A stretch of 64,000 bases of DNA from Felis catus. Taxonomy: Eukaryota. Of this stretch, positions 1-11,724 are shown in pieces. Position 1 is the first letter of the stretch. The number at the start of each line of letters is the position of its first letter. The DNA lies in assembly GCF_018350175.1 (NCBI RefSeq), contig NC_058368.1:96102001-96166000 (forward strand). The letters are read 5' to 3'. Both the position numbers and the translations under genes were made by a program. The notes below the pieces were generated by a model. The model searched no databases, was not told where the DNA came from, and saw nothing but the letters and a program-made list of their open reading frames with translations.

Positions 1-1350
1 TCTTGGAATGGATCTTTTTGGGAGGACTCTCCGTGCTTCCTAGACCTGGATATCTTTTTCGTTTCCCAGGTTAGAAAAGTATTGAGCTATCAATGCTTCA
101 AATAAATTTTCTTCCCTTTTATGTCTCTCCTCCTTATGGGACCCCTACAGTGTGAATATTAATTTGCTAGATGTTGTTCCATGGGTCCTATAATCTATCC
201 TCATTTTTTATATTCTTTTTTTTTTTTTTTAATGCTGTTCAGCTTCTGTGATTTCCACTACACCGTCTTCCAGGTCGTTGATCTGTTTCTCCTCATCCTC
301 CCCTCTCCTGTTAATTACTTCAAAAGCATTTTTTATTTCAGGTAATGTGCTCAGCTCTGTGTTTTTTTTTTTCCTTTTCTTTTTTTGTATTTTCTGTCTT
401 GTTTGAAGTTCTCACTGAATTCATCCACTCTTCTCTCAAATTGTGTAAATATCGGCAGGACCATAACTTTGAACTCTTTATCAGGTAGTTTACTTATCTC
501 CATTTTGTTTAATTCTGTTTCTGAGGTTTTATCTTGTTCTTTTATAGAACACATTCCTCTTTCTCTTCACTTTGACTTTATGTATTCCTTTCTAAGAGTT
601 AGGCAGAACTGTTACCTCTTCCATTACTGAAGGAGTGGTCTGATGTAAGAATGTCCCATCTTATGTGTGCCTGGAGGCTTTGACTGGGTGGCTGCAGCTA
701 CAACAAGTGTGGGCTATGGGTCCGGGGAGCTCTGTGATGGGAACCCCCTAGCAGATAGCTGGAGCTGAAACAAGAGTAAGCTAGAACACTGCCTGCATAG
801 GTCACCCTGGTGGTTTAGCTGGAGTTAGAGTAGGTGCAGGCCAGGGGAGCACCTTGGGTAGATAGTTGAGTACTGGTTTGGGCTACATGCCTGGGGCTTG
901 CTGTGATGGCTGGAGTAGGCCACTTAGAATGCCTGGACCCTGTTCCTATTTTCAGTGTTGGGGGGGGGGGGCATAAACAATGGTGCTCACCTGTGCTTCC
1001 AGTCCGAGAGAGAATTCTTGTAGTTTCCTCACCATTTTGTGGGCATGCTAGGACTACTAAATGGACTTTCTCCACTAATAGTCTGGTTGTCCTTTAAACT
1101 ACTGTTTGTTGGTTGGTTTTTTTCTCCCTTTGCTACAGAACAGGGGAATCTGTGTGAAAGCCCCTCAGTGATATCCCTGCCTACTGCAGGTAGTAGCATT
1201 AGGATTTGTTTGGGTTCCCATCATAAGCAGTACAGTAAGCCCTCAGTCCTTTTTCAGGAGGAGATTATTTATATATAGGTATACATTCACTGTGTCCATG
1301 AAGGAGATGACTTCAGAGTCTTTTTATCCACCATCTTGGTTGGCCTCCTC
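1..1350 (-). mobile_element. Older LINE-1 (L1M/L1_Carn-type): 5' UTR plus ORF1 N-terminal half, running off the left edge
   Basis: ORF 351-554(-) reads KEQDKTSETELNKMEISKLPDKEFKVMVL..RRVDEFSENF, a typical L1 ORF1p N-terminus. The element's 5' end at 1328-1350 is the reverse complement of GAGGAGGCCAACCAAGATGGTGG (YY1-type L1 start). Confidence 0.85.
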
Positions 1351-1424
1351 TTATCTTCTCTGTCTCAGTACCTACCACCCCACCCAGCCTTCAAGCATCT
1401 CTGTATTTGGTAGCTGATTTTTAA

Positions 1425-1640
1425 TGGGAAGCAGTGTAGAAACATAAACTATAGACTGGAGTACCTACATCCTAACCCTGAGACCATCTGACTCCAAGCT
1501 CTTTGGCTGTGGTTGGGTTACTTATCTTCTCTAAGTCTCAACTTTTCTCACCCATAAAATGGGGATAATAACTCATATGGCATTGTGAGAATTCCGTGTT
1601 TGATCAGTTCTTGGAACCATAACTCACATGTAATTCAGGT
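1425..1640 (+). mobile_element. MIR SINE fragment
   Basis: Core-like text ttacttatcttctctaagtctcaacttttctcacccataaaatggggataataac...ttgtgagaatt. Confidence 0.7.
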
Positions 1641-1985
1641 AAATATTAGATATAATAAGTATGAGTTGTTCTGGAAAGTCCTATGGCCCAACTTTTAAAG
1701 CTCCTAGACATATCAGCTATAGTCAGGTTAGCTGCAGATGGTTCAAGAAGCTATAGGGCATTTTTAGCCATGGTGGATGGCTGAAAAATTGCTAGAACTA
1801 CCTTTTTATCTAAATTATATTTCCAACTGCTTTCATGTCAAGGAGCAAAATCCTGGTAAAAAGTACTTTTCCCAGAAGTCTTTATGAGGGCATTATTTGG
1901 TTTTATAAAGAGTTCAATTACCTGGGTCGAAATTAGAATATATTTTTTAAAAATATATATTTAAAAAAATTTATTTAGAACCCAG

Positions 1986-1995
1986 CTCTCTCTCT

Positions 1996-2027
<32 letters not shown>
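1986..2027. repeat. (CT)n microsatellite
   Basis: Read directly. Confidence 0.95.
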
Positions 2028-2099
2028 TTTGAAGTCATACAATAGATTATGATACAAAGTGGAAGTCCTATAACAAATTATGATACAAAGTTAGGTAAA

Positions 2100-2474
2100 A
2101 AGAAAATTCACTAATTGTGTACCTAGAATGTGTTGGCTATGGTAAATGGAAGGAGACACAAATATAACTTAGGACATTTTCTCAGTGAATCTCATAGGGA
2201 AGAAAGTTATAGAAAACAAAATAACCATCTTCAGAGTGATACTGCTATTATTGAAAATTGTACATAAAATTTTGTGAGAACTCAGAGGAAGATACAAGTA
2301 ATTCTTTGTAGAATATCAGAGAAAATAGTAAACACACTATAAATGTTAAGTAATGATTAAAGAACATTTTTTCCAAGAAGACTGTGGAGAAGAGGGGATC
2401 TTCCAAACATAAATATGCAGAGAGATGATCTGATGACCTTTTGAAGCAATATTAAGCAATTAAATGTGCCAGAC

Positions 2475-2508
<34 letters not shown>

Positions 2509-2870
2509 CAGACATTGATAGTTTATAGACAGATGAGTGATGCTATCATAGAGAATACTTTCTACAAAATGGAGAATGAATTCAATTGAAAGAACAGAAG
2601 GCCATTGAAGAAATAGTTAACATAGTCTGGATAGGACTTGATTAAGTATTAATTTAAGATGGCAGCAGTGGAAATGATAGAGAATAGATTGAAGGCATAT
2701 GTCCTATTTAGAAAGGATATGGCCTGGTGATATTGGAGGTGTAATAACACAGTAGAAAAAGAAGTTGAGTAGTTTTATTAAGCAAGAGGGCAGATGATAT
2801 GTCAAATACTGGGAGAATTTTAAAGCGTTGGAAATTATATGTATTCATTTTTATTTTAGGGGTCAGAAGT
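2100..2870 (-). mobile_element. Highly degraded L2 fragment(s) containing a (TG)n microsatellite at 2478-2507
   Basis: Purine-rich L2-like phrases such as gaaggccattgaag and ggcagcagtggaaatgatagagaatagatt. Boundaries approximate. Confidence 0.5.
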
Positions 2871-3599
2871 TTTAGAGATGTGTTTGATTTGTTATCTCAA
2901 GCATGAGGAGCTTGTTACCAGAACTGGGACATACCGTCTTTATAGCTTCAACCCCTTATATCCAGAGTAACTTGGAGAAGGCAGATGTAGATTGGCCAAA
3001 AGAGATACTTAGAGATTTTCTAGACTACCATTCCATGTGGGGCTAGCAACATTCTGATCTATATCTCAATCCAGAGAAGGACTCTTTCAGCGATAAATAT
3101 CTTGGGCTGAATGTTATAATATTATAATAACTTCATTTAATTCCTACAAATTCGACCCATGACTGACCGACAATACTATAATAATTAATGCTGAGCTTTT
3201 GAAAATACAGTGCAGTGAAAGAAAAGATAACTAAATCAACATTTACAATATGGAAACTTTTCAATACATATGTATATGCTATTACCACATATTTATTTAA
3301 ATTAGAGAATTCTACTCATTTGGTACTTATATTCAAAAAGGTCTTAGGAACTTTAATTTTTTTTTTTAATTTTTTTAATTTACATCCAAACTAGTTAGCA
3401 TATAGTGCAAAAATGCTTTCAGGAGTAGATTCCATAACGCCCCTAGCCCATTTAGTCCATCCCCCCTCCCACAAGCCCTCTAGTAACACTCTGTTTGTTC
3501 TCCATATTTAAGAGTTTCTTATGCTTTGTCCCTCTCCCTGTTTTTATAGTATTTTTACTTCCCTTCCCTTATGTTCATCTGTTTTGAATCTTAAAGTCC

Positions 3600-6500
3600 T
3601 CATATGAGTGAAGTCCTATGGTATTTGTCTTTCTCTGATTGACTAATTTTGTTTCGCATAATCCCTCCAGTTCCATCTATGTAGTTGCAAATGGTAAGAT
3701 TTAATTTCTTTTGATTGCCGAGTAATACTCCATTGTATATGTATGTACCACATCTTCTTTATCCATTCATCCATCGATGGACATTTGGGCTTTTTCCATA
3801 CTTTGGCTATTGTCAATAGTGCTGCTATAAACATTGGGGTGCATGTGCCCTTTGAAACAGCATACCTGTATCCCTTGGATAAATACCTAGTAGTGCAATT
3901 GCTGGGTTGTAGGGTAGTTCTATTTTTAGCTTTTCTGAGGCAGCTCCATACTGTTTTCCAGAGTAGCTGCACCAGTTTGGATTCCCACCAACAATGCAGA
4001 AGAGATCCTCTTTCTCCACATCCTCGCCCACATCTGTTGTTGCCTGAGTTGTTAATGTTAGCCATTCTGACAGGTGTGAGGTGTTATCTCATTGTGATTT
4101 TGCTTTGTATTGCCCTGATGATCAGTGATGTGGAGCATTTTTTCATGTGTCGGTTGGCCATCTGGATGTCCTTTGGAAAGACATGTCTTTTGCCCATTTC
4201 TATTTATGTCTTTTGCCCATTTCTTCACTGGATTATTTGTTTTTTGGGTGTTGAGTTCGATCAATTCTTTGTAGAGTTTGGATACTAACCCTTTATGTGG
4301 TATGGTATTTGCAAATATCTTCTCCCATTCTGTCGGTTGCCTTTTAGTTTTGCTGATTGTTTCCTTTGCTGTGTGGAAGCTTTTTATTTTGATGAGGTCC
4401 CACTAGTTTATTTTTGCTTTTGTTTCCCTTGCTTCTGGAGACGTGTTGAGTAAGAAGTTGCTGTGGCCAAGATCAAAGAGGTTTTTGCCTACTTTCTCCT
4501 AGAGGATTTTGATGGCTTCCTGTCTTACATTGAGGTCTTTCATCCATTTTTATTTTATTTTTGTGTATGATGTAAGAAAGTGGTCCAGGTTCATTCTTCT
4601 TCATGTTGCTGTCCAGTTTTCCCAGCTCCACTTGCTGAAGAGACTGTCTTTATTCCATTGGATATTCTTTCCTGCTTTGTCAAGGATTAGTTGGACCCAT
4701 TAGTTCGTGGGTCCATTTATGGGTTCTCTATTCTGTTCCATTCATCTGAGTGTCTCTTCTTGTGCCAGTAACATACTGTCTTGATGATTATAGCTTTGTA
4801 GTTTTGCTTGATGTCCAAGATTGTGATGCTTCCTGCTTTGGTTTTCTTTTTCAAGATGGCTTTGGCTATTCAGGGCCTTTTCTGGTTCCATACAAATTTT
4901 AGTATGATTTGTTCTAGCTCTGTGAAGAATGCTGGTGTTATTTTGATAGGTTTTGCATTGAATATATAGATTGCTTTGGGTAGTACTGACATTTTAACAA
5001 TATTTATTCTTTCTGTCCAGGAGCATGGAATCTTTTTCCATTTTTTTTGTGTCTTCTTCAATTTCTTTCATAAGCTTTCTATAGTTTCCAGTGTATAGAT
5101 TTTTAATGTCTTTGGTTAGATTTATTCCTAGGTATTTTATGGTTTTTTGGGAAACTGTAAATGGGATCGATAACTTGATTTCTCTTTCTGTTGCTTCATC
5201 CTTGGTGAACAGGAATGCAACTGATTTCTGTGCATTGATTTTATATCCTACAACTTTACTGAATTCATGAATCAGTTCTAGCAGTTTTTCTTTTTGGTGG
5301 AATCATTTGGGTTTTCCATATAGAGTATTATGTCATCTGTGAAGAGTGAAAGTTTGACCTCCTCCTGGTCGATTCTGATGCCATTTATTTCTCTGTGTTC
5401 TCTGATTGCAGAGGCTAAGACTTCCAATACTATGTTGCATAACAGTGGTGAGACTGGACATCCCTGTCTTATTCCTGACCATAGGGAGAAAGCTTTTAGC
5501 TTTTCCCCATTGAGGATGATATTAGCATTGGGTCGTTCGTATATGGCCTTTATGATCTCAAGGTATGCTTCTTCTATCTCTACTTTCTTGAGGATTTTTA
5601 TCAAGAAAGATGCTGTATTTTGTCAAATGCTTTCTCTGCATCTATTGAAAGGATCATATGGTTCTTGTCCTTTCTTTTATTGATGTAATGAATCATGTTA
5701 ATTGTTTCGTAGATATTGAACCAGCCCAGGTATAAATCCCACTTGGTCGTAGTGAATAATTTTTTTTAATGTACTGTTGGATCTGGTTAGCTAATATCTT
5801 GTTGAGGATTTTTGCATCCAAGATCATCAGAAAAATTGGTCTATAGTTCTCCTTTTTAGTGGGATCTCTGTCTTGTTTTGGAATCAAAGTGATGCTGGCC
5901 TCATGCAAAGAGTTTGGGAGTTTCCCTTCCATTTGTATTTTTTGGAACAGATTCAAGAGAACAGGTGTTAACTCTTCCTTAAATGTTTGGTAGAATTCCC
6001 CTGAAAAGCCATCTGGCCCTGGACTCTTGTTTTTTTGGAAGATTTTGATTACTAATTTGATTTCCTTACTGGTTATGGGTCTGATCAAATTTTCTATTTC
6101 TTCCTGTTTCAGTTTTGGTAGTGCGTTTGTTTCTAGGAATTTGTCCATTTCTTCCAGATTGGCCATTTTATTGGCATGTAATTGCTCATAATCTCTTATT
6201 ATTGTTTGTATTTCTGCTGTGTTGGTTATGATCTCTCCCCTTTCATTCTCGATTTTATTTGGGTCCTTTCCTTTTTCTTTTTGATCAAACTGGCTAGTCG
6301 TTTATCAATTTTGTTAATTCTTTCAAAGAAACAGCTTCTGGTTTCATTGATCTGTTCTACTGCTTTTGTTTTTGTTTTTGGTTTCAATAGCATTGATTTC
6401 TGTTCTAATCTTTATTATTTCCTGTCTTCTGCTGGTTTGGGGTTTAATTTGCTCTCCTTTTTCCAGCTCTTTAAGGTGTAAGGTTAGGTTGTGTATTTGA

Positions 6501-7431
6501 GATCTTTCTTCCTTCTTTAGGAAGGCCTGGATTGCTATATACTTTCCTCTTAGGACCGCCTCTGCTGCATCCAAGGTTTTGGGTTGTGGTGTTATCATTT
6601 TAATTGGCTTCCATATACCTTTTAGTTTCTTCTTTAACTTCTTGGTTGGCACGTTCATTCTTCAGTAGGATGTTCTTTAGTCTTCAAGTATTTGTTACTT
6701 TTCCAAGTTTTTTTCTTGTGGTTGATTTTGAGTTTCATAGCGTTGTGGTCTGGAAATATGCACAATATGATCTCAATCTTTTTGTACTTGCTGAGGGCTG
6801 ATTTGTGTCCCAGTATGTGGTCTATTCTGGAGAACATTCCATGTGAATTGGAAAAGAATGTATATTCTGCTGCTTTAGGATGAAAGGTTCTGAATATATC
6901 TGTTAATCCATCTGGTCCAGTGTGTCATTCAAAGCCATTGTTTCCTCATTGATTTTTTGATTAGATGATCTGTCCATTGATGTGAGTGGGGTGTTGACGT
7001 CTCCTACTATTATGGTATTACTATCGATGAATTTCTCTATGTTTGTGATTAATTGATTTATATATTTGGGTGCTGCCACATTTGGCACATAACATTTACC
7101 ATTGTTAGGTCTTCTTGGTGGATAGACCCCTTGATTATGATATAATGCCCTTTTGCATCTCTTTAAATAGAGTCTTTATTTTAAAGTCTAGATTGTCTGA
7201 TATGAGTATGGCTACTCCAGCTTTCTTTTGTTGACCATTAGCATGATAGGTGGTTCTCCATCCCCTTACTTTCAATCTGTAGGTGTCTTTAGGTCTAAAG
7301 TGGGTCTCTTGTAAGCAGTTTATAGATGGGTCTTTTTTTCTTATCCATTCTATTACCCTATGTCTTTTGATTCGAGCATTGAGTCCATTGACATTTAGAG
7401 TGACTACTGAAAGACATGAATTTATTGCCAT
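3600..7431 (-). pseudogene. L1 ORF2p (endonuclease / reverse transcriptase / C-terminal Cys-rich domain), broken by many stops and frameshifts
   Basis: Starts MAINSCLSVVTLNVNGLNARIKRHRV (APE endonuclease). Contains [65 protein letters not shown] (RT FADD motif) and LLHCWWE. Stop TGA at 3600-3602; span ~3.83 kb. Confidence 0.96.
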
Positions 7432-7506
7432 TCTGTTGCTTGTAGAGTTGGAGTTTCTGGTAGTGTTCTCTGGTCCTTTCTAATCTTTGTTGCTTTTGGT
7501 ATTTAT

Positions 7507-7538
7507 TTATTCATTCATTCATTCATTCATTCATTCAT
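7507..7538. repeat. (TTCA)n microsatellite in the L1 inter-ORF spacer
   Basis: Read directly. Confidence 0.9.
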
Positions 7539-7549
7539 GTTTTCTCCCC

Positions 7550-8458
7550 TCAGAGAGCCCCCCTTAAAATTTCTTGCAGGGATAGTTTAGTGGTCACAAA
7601 CTCCTTAATTTTTGTTTGTCTGGGAAACTTTTTATCTGTCCTTCTATTTTGAGTGACAGCCTTACTGGCTGAAGAATTCTTGGCTGCATATTTTTCTGAT
7701 TCAGCACATTGAATATATCCTGCCACTCCTTTCTGGCCTGCCAAGTTTCTGTGGATGGGTCCGCTGCAAACCTTATCTGTCTTCCCTTGTAGGTTAAGGA
7801 CTTTTTTTCCCTTGCTGCTTTCATGATTCCCTCCTTGCCTGAGTATTTTGTGAATTTGACTATGATATGCCTTGTTGATGTTCAGTTTTTGTTGAATCTA
7901 ATGGGGGTCGTTTGTGCTTTCTGGATTTTGATGTCTGTGTCTTTCCCCAGGTTAGGAAAGTTTTCTACTATGATTTGCTCACATAACCCTTCCTCTGTTT
8001 CTCTCTCTTCCTCTTTTGGGACCCCTATGATTCTGATGTTGTTCCTTTTTAATGAGTCACTGATTTCTCTAATTGTTAAATCGTGCTCTTTTGCCTTAAT
8101 CTCCCTCTTTCTTTCTGCTCCATTATTCTCCATTATTCTCCATCAGTTTCGCTGATTCTCTGTTCTGCCTCATCCATCCTTCTACCATTTGAGATTGTAG
8201 CATCCATTCGAGATTGCTGCCATGCATCCATTCAAGATTGCAGCTCAGTTATAGCATTTTTTATTTCATTCTGGCTAGTTTTTACTTCTTTTATCTCTGC
8301 AGAAAGGGATTCTAATCTATTTTGACTCCAGCTAGTATTCTCATTATCATGATTCTAAATTCTGGTTCAGACATCTTGCTTGTATCTGTGTTGGTTAAGT
8401 CCCTGGCTGTCGTTTCTTCCTGCTCTTTCTTTTGGGGTGAATTCCTTTCTTTCTTCAT
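7550..8458 (-). pseudogene. L1 ORF1p (coiled coil, RRM, CTD), disrupted
   Basis: ATG at 8458 gives MKKERNSPQKKEQEETTARDL. Then LKRNNIRIIGVPKEEER, IIVENFPNL, KAAREKKSLTYKGRQIR, TWQARKEWQDIFNVL, and the end LQEILRGAL*. Confidence 0.94.
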
Positions 8459-8792
8459 TTTGAAGGGAGAAAAGGAATTAATGAGGTAGAAAAAATTAAA
8501 ACAAAAAAAAATTTAAATTAAAAAATATTAAAATTAAAAATTAAAAACAAACATACATGCAAAAAAATTGAATAAATGATGCTAGATCCTAGGTGTGTTT
8601 TGGTCTGGGTGTTGAAAGTGGCTTGATAGATTAGAGAAAAATGGATAACAGGAAAAAAAAAAAGGAAATCGTTGGAAAATCTGAAAAAATGAATACATTA
8701 AAGTAGACTAAAATGAAATGATGGAAATAAAATTGAATTTGAAAATTTACACAGAAGTAAAAAATATAGTGGAAAAAATTGGAGAAAAATAT

Positions 8793-8962
8793 ATATTTTT
8801 TCAATATATGAAATTTATTGTCAAATTGGTTTCCATACAACACTCAGTGCTCATCCCAAAAGGTGCCCTCCTCAATACCCATCACCCACCCTCCCCTCCC
8901 TCCCACCGCCCATCAACCCTCAGTTTGTTCTCAGTTTTTAAGAGTTTCTTATGCTTTGGCTC
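8793..8962 (-). mobile_element. Short 5'-truncated younger felid L1 3' end nested in the 5' UTR of the full-length L1
   Basis: Has a different 3' UTR (aatatatgaaatttattgtcaaattggtttccatacaacac...) and a perfect 13-bp TSD tggagaaaaatat at 8780-8792 and 8963-8975. Confidence 0.92.
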
Positions 8963-9201
8963 TGGAGAAAAATATTTTTAATAAAAGTTGATAATAAAAA
9001 ATGAATTTTTTCTCTTTCTGTATTCAAGAAAAAAGAAACAAAAAAGAGAAAAAAAAGAAAATTGAATAGTTGGACTGGCTAACAGACTGAATATGACGAA
9101 AATACTTCGTTTTCCCCTAGGAGTCAAATTATGAAGCACTTTATAGTCCATAAGCTAAGCAGGTGGTGAGACTTTTGTTCTTGAAGAGCGAGGTTGGCCC
9201 A

Positions 9202-9325
9202 GTTGGGCGGGGCTCAGTGTAACAGCTCCGTTCTCCACTAGATGGTGCTGCTAGCCTACTGGGGTGGATTGTTGTGGCACTGTTAGGTGTGTAGGTGCAT
9301 GCGTGGCAGTGGTGAAAATGGCGTC
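9202..9325 (+). promoter_or_regulatory. Motif cluster in the L1 5' UTR, read antisense: GC box, CTCF-like core, YY1-like AAAATGGCG
   Basis: GGGCGGGGC at 9205-9213, TCCACTAGATGGTGCTG at 9234-9250, AAAATGGCG at 9315-9323. Motif matches only; no functional evidence. Confidence 0.4.
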
Positions 9326-11084
9326 ACCCAGCTACCTGGTCTCTAGTATCGGAACTCTGTTCTCCCCAATCAGCAATCGTGGACCCATCCTCTGTTTTCA
9401 GCTTTTGTCCACTCCCTGCTTCCACACTGTCAGTGACCAAGCTCCAGGCAGCACTTCCCTCCAGAGTTTTGTCCCAGATGTGGCTGTTTCCCCCAGCCCT
9501 TTACTCCTGAAGGACTGTGGGTTTGACCCCTTCTGCCCCTCTGTGGAGGGTCTCACTGAGCAGTGGCCGGGTGCTGGTGGCACCCAGGAACGCTTGTGGG
9601 ATGTGCTGCTGCCAATGTCCAGAGACTGCGGTCAAGTGTCAACCCACCCCAAAAAAAGTTCACGAGATAGTGCAGCAGCAGCCTTTCAGGGATTATGGAA
9701 AATCACAACACATATCTGTCACCAGGCTTCACCCTTCACAATTTTGTTCCAGCACCAGAGAATGTGGCTGTTCTCAGTGGTCTGCTGGGGCCAGGTGGCC
9801 TCAACAGTCTCTACCAAGTATCCTTCCAGCAGTGGAACCACTTCTCCCCGTGTGGCCTGAGAACCTCCCAGACCCCACTCTGGGATTTGTCTGGGGGATT
9901 CACCCTTCCCACCAGAGCACCACCAGGTATGGAGCTGTAGACTTGCAGACTTTGCGCTCCCCTTGTTTACAGTCTTAATGGAATTTAAACCCTCTCCTTT
10001 CTCCTTTCTCCCTTTTTAGTTCAGTTCCTGCAGCTGTTTCCAATGTTCAACTTTCTTTCCAGCTGCTTTTGGTGAGGGGTACTTTTCCTGTATTCTCTCC
10101 CCAACCCAAGTCTCTGTCCTCTCTCTGCCCGCAAAAGTGGCACCCTACCCTCTGCAGCTTCTCTCTTCCCAAGTTCACCTCTCTGCACCATGTACCTGCT
10201 GAATTCTGTGGTTGAGGTTGTGCAGATTGTTGTGTTAATCCTCAGATAAGTGTTCTAGGTGTACAGGATAGTTTAGCATTGGTCTCGCTGTATTTCATGG
10301 ACATAAGACACACAGAAAACTTCCATGCTGTTCTGACATCTTGGCTTCTCCTGCCTAGTCAGGACCTTTTATATTTTCTTATCAAGAAAGCTGAGTGTCT
10401 ATCACAAGGCCCTGAAATAAAATGAAGAAAAATATGGTGGAAAGAATGAAAGCATTCACCATCACTTAGTTCAACAGCTATACTGTTAAGTCCTGAGTTA
10501 CAGGAAATCTCTTTAAGGCAAGTATCTTACCTCAACAGGTAGCAGCACAATCTACTGTAACCCATTATTTTGTGGACACAGGTAAGCTATTACACCTGCC
10601 TGGCAGATGGCTGAGGCCTATTGGAAACTACATGATGGGGCCATCTCTAGGTGCCAGAGGTTAGAGATGAATGGAAAACATCTGTAGAGCCACTTAGGAT
10701 CCTGGGATTCCAAAAGATTGTTGCAAATAAATAAAAGCCTATGCCATAAGAGCACCAATAGAGAACAAAAGGGAGACTGTAGGAATAAAAGGAAAGACAT
10801 CATGAAAATAAACTTGCCTTATTCATAGACTTGCCTAGGAATGACCCTGGGCTAATTGGACTTTATTAAGTTTGCCTCTTATTTTGGACTTGAGATGGCT
10901 GAAGATATTCACTGACATCATCTTAATAACAACATATGGTAGAATACCATATTGTAAACTAAATTCAACATGCTATATGTTAGATCCCTTGAACTTATCA
11001 CTGGAAACTTATACCATTTTTCTGACATCTCCCTCTTTCTCCTACTCTCTAGTCCCTAGTACTATTTCTATGAGTTGGGCTTTT

Positions 11085-11311
11085 CAAAAAAAAATGTTTT
11101 TAACACTTATTTATCTTTTGAGAGAGAGAGATACAGAGAGACAGAGCATGAATGGGGAAGGGGCAGAGAGAAGGAGACACAGAATCTGAAGCGGGACCCA
11201 GGCTCTGAGCTGTCAGCACAGACCCTGACACAGGGCTTGAACTCATTAACTGAGAGGTCATGACCTGAGCCAAAGTCGGACGCTCAACCAGCTGAGCCAC
11301 CCAGGCACCCC
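11085..11311 (-). mobile_element. Can-SINE (feliform type) inserted in the old L1
   Basis: Reverse-complement head ctgagccacccaggcacccc, (AG)n tract, TSD atgagttgggctttt at 11070-11084 and 11313-11327. Confidence 0.96.
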
Positions 11312-11667
11312 AATGAGTTGGGCTTTTTAGATTCCACATAAAATTGATACCGTATAGTATTTGTCTTTCTCTGCTTCACCTATCATAATGCTCTCTAGGG
11401 TCATTCATGTTGTGACCAAGGCCGAGATTTCCTTCTTTTTTGGTGGCTGAGTAATATTCCATCATACCATTACCACTGTATGCATTCACTTAAACAGAAT
11501 GCCTGAGGTCGTTTCCCTATCTTGACCATTGTGAATAATGCTTCCATGGATACAGAGATGACAATATTTCTTTGAAATCCTAATTTCACTTCCTTTGAAT
11601 ATATGTGCCGAAGTGGATTTGTTGAATCATGTGGATGTTCTGTATTTAACTAGATCTTAAATGTTCT

Positions 11668-11669
<2 letters not shown>

Positions 11670-11721
<52 letters not shown>

Positions 11722-11724
11722 ACA
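11670..11724. repeat. (AC)n microsatellite
   Basis: Read directly. Confidence 0.95.

Larger units (their letters stand above)
3355..10355 (-). mobile_element. Full-length, inactivated felid LINE-1 (L1_Fc-type): 5' UTR, ORF1, ORF2, 3' UTR and poly(A)
   Basis: Poly-T at 3357-3376 then 3' UTR tttacatccaaactagttagcatatagtgca. Colinear ORF2 and ORF1 fragments; GC-richer 5' UTR at 9100-10350. The 5' end gacatcttggcttctcc is a decayed CAAGATGGC YY1 site. Possible imperfect TSD taggaacttt (3345-3354) / caggaccttt (10360-10369). Confidence 0.97.

Noticed and set aside
3355..10355. Active, retrotransposition-competent L1
   Set aside because: Many stops and frameshifts in both ORFs, a mutated 5' YY1 site and an insertion in the 5' UTR.
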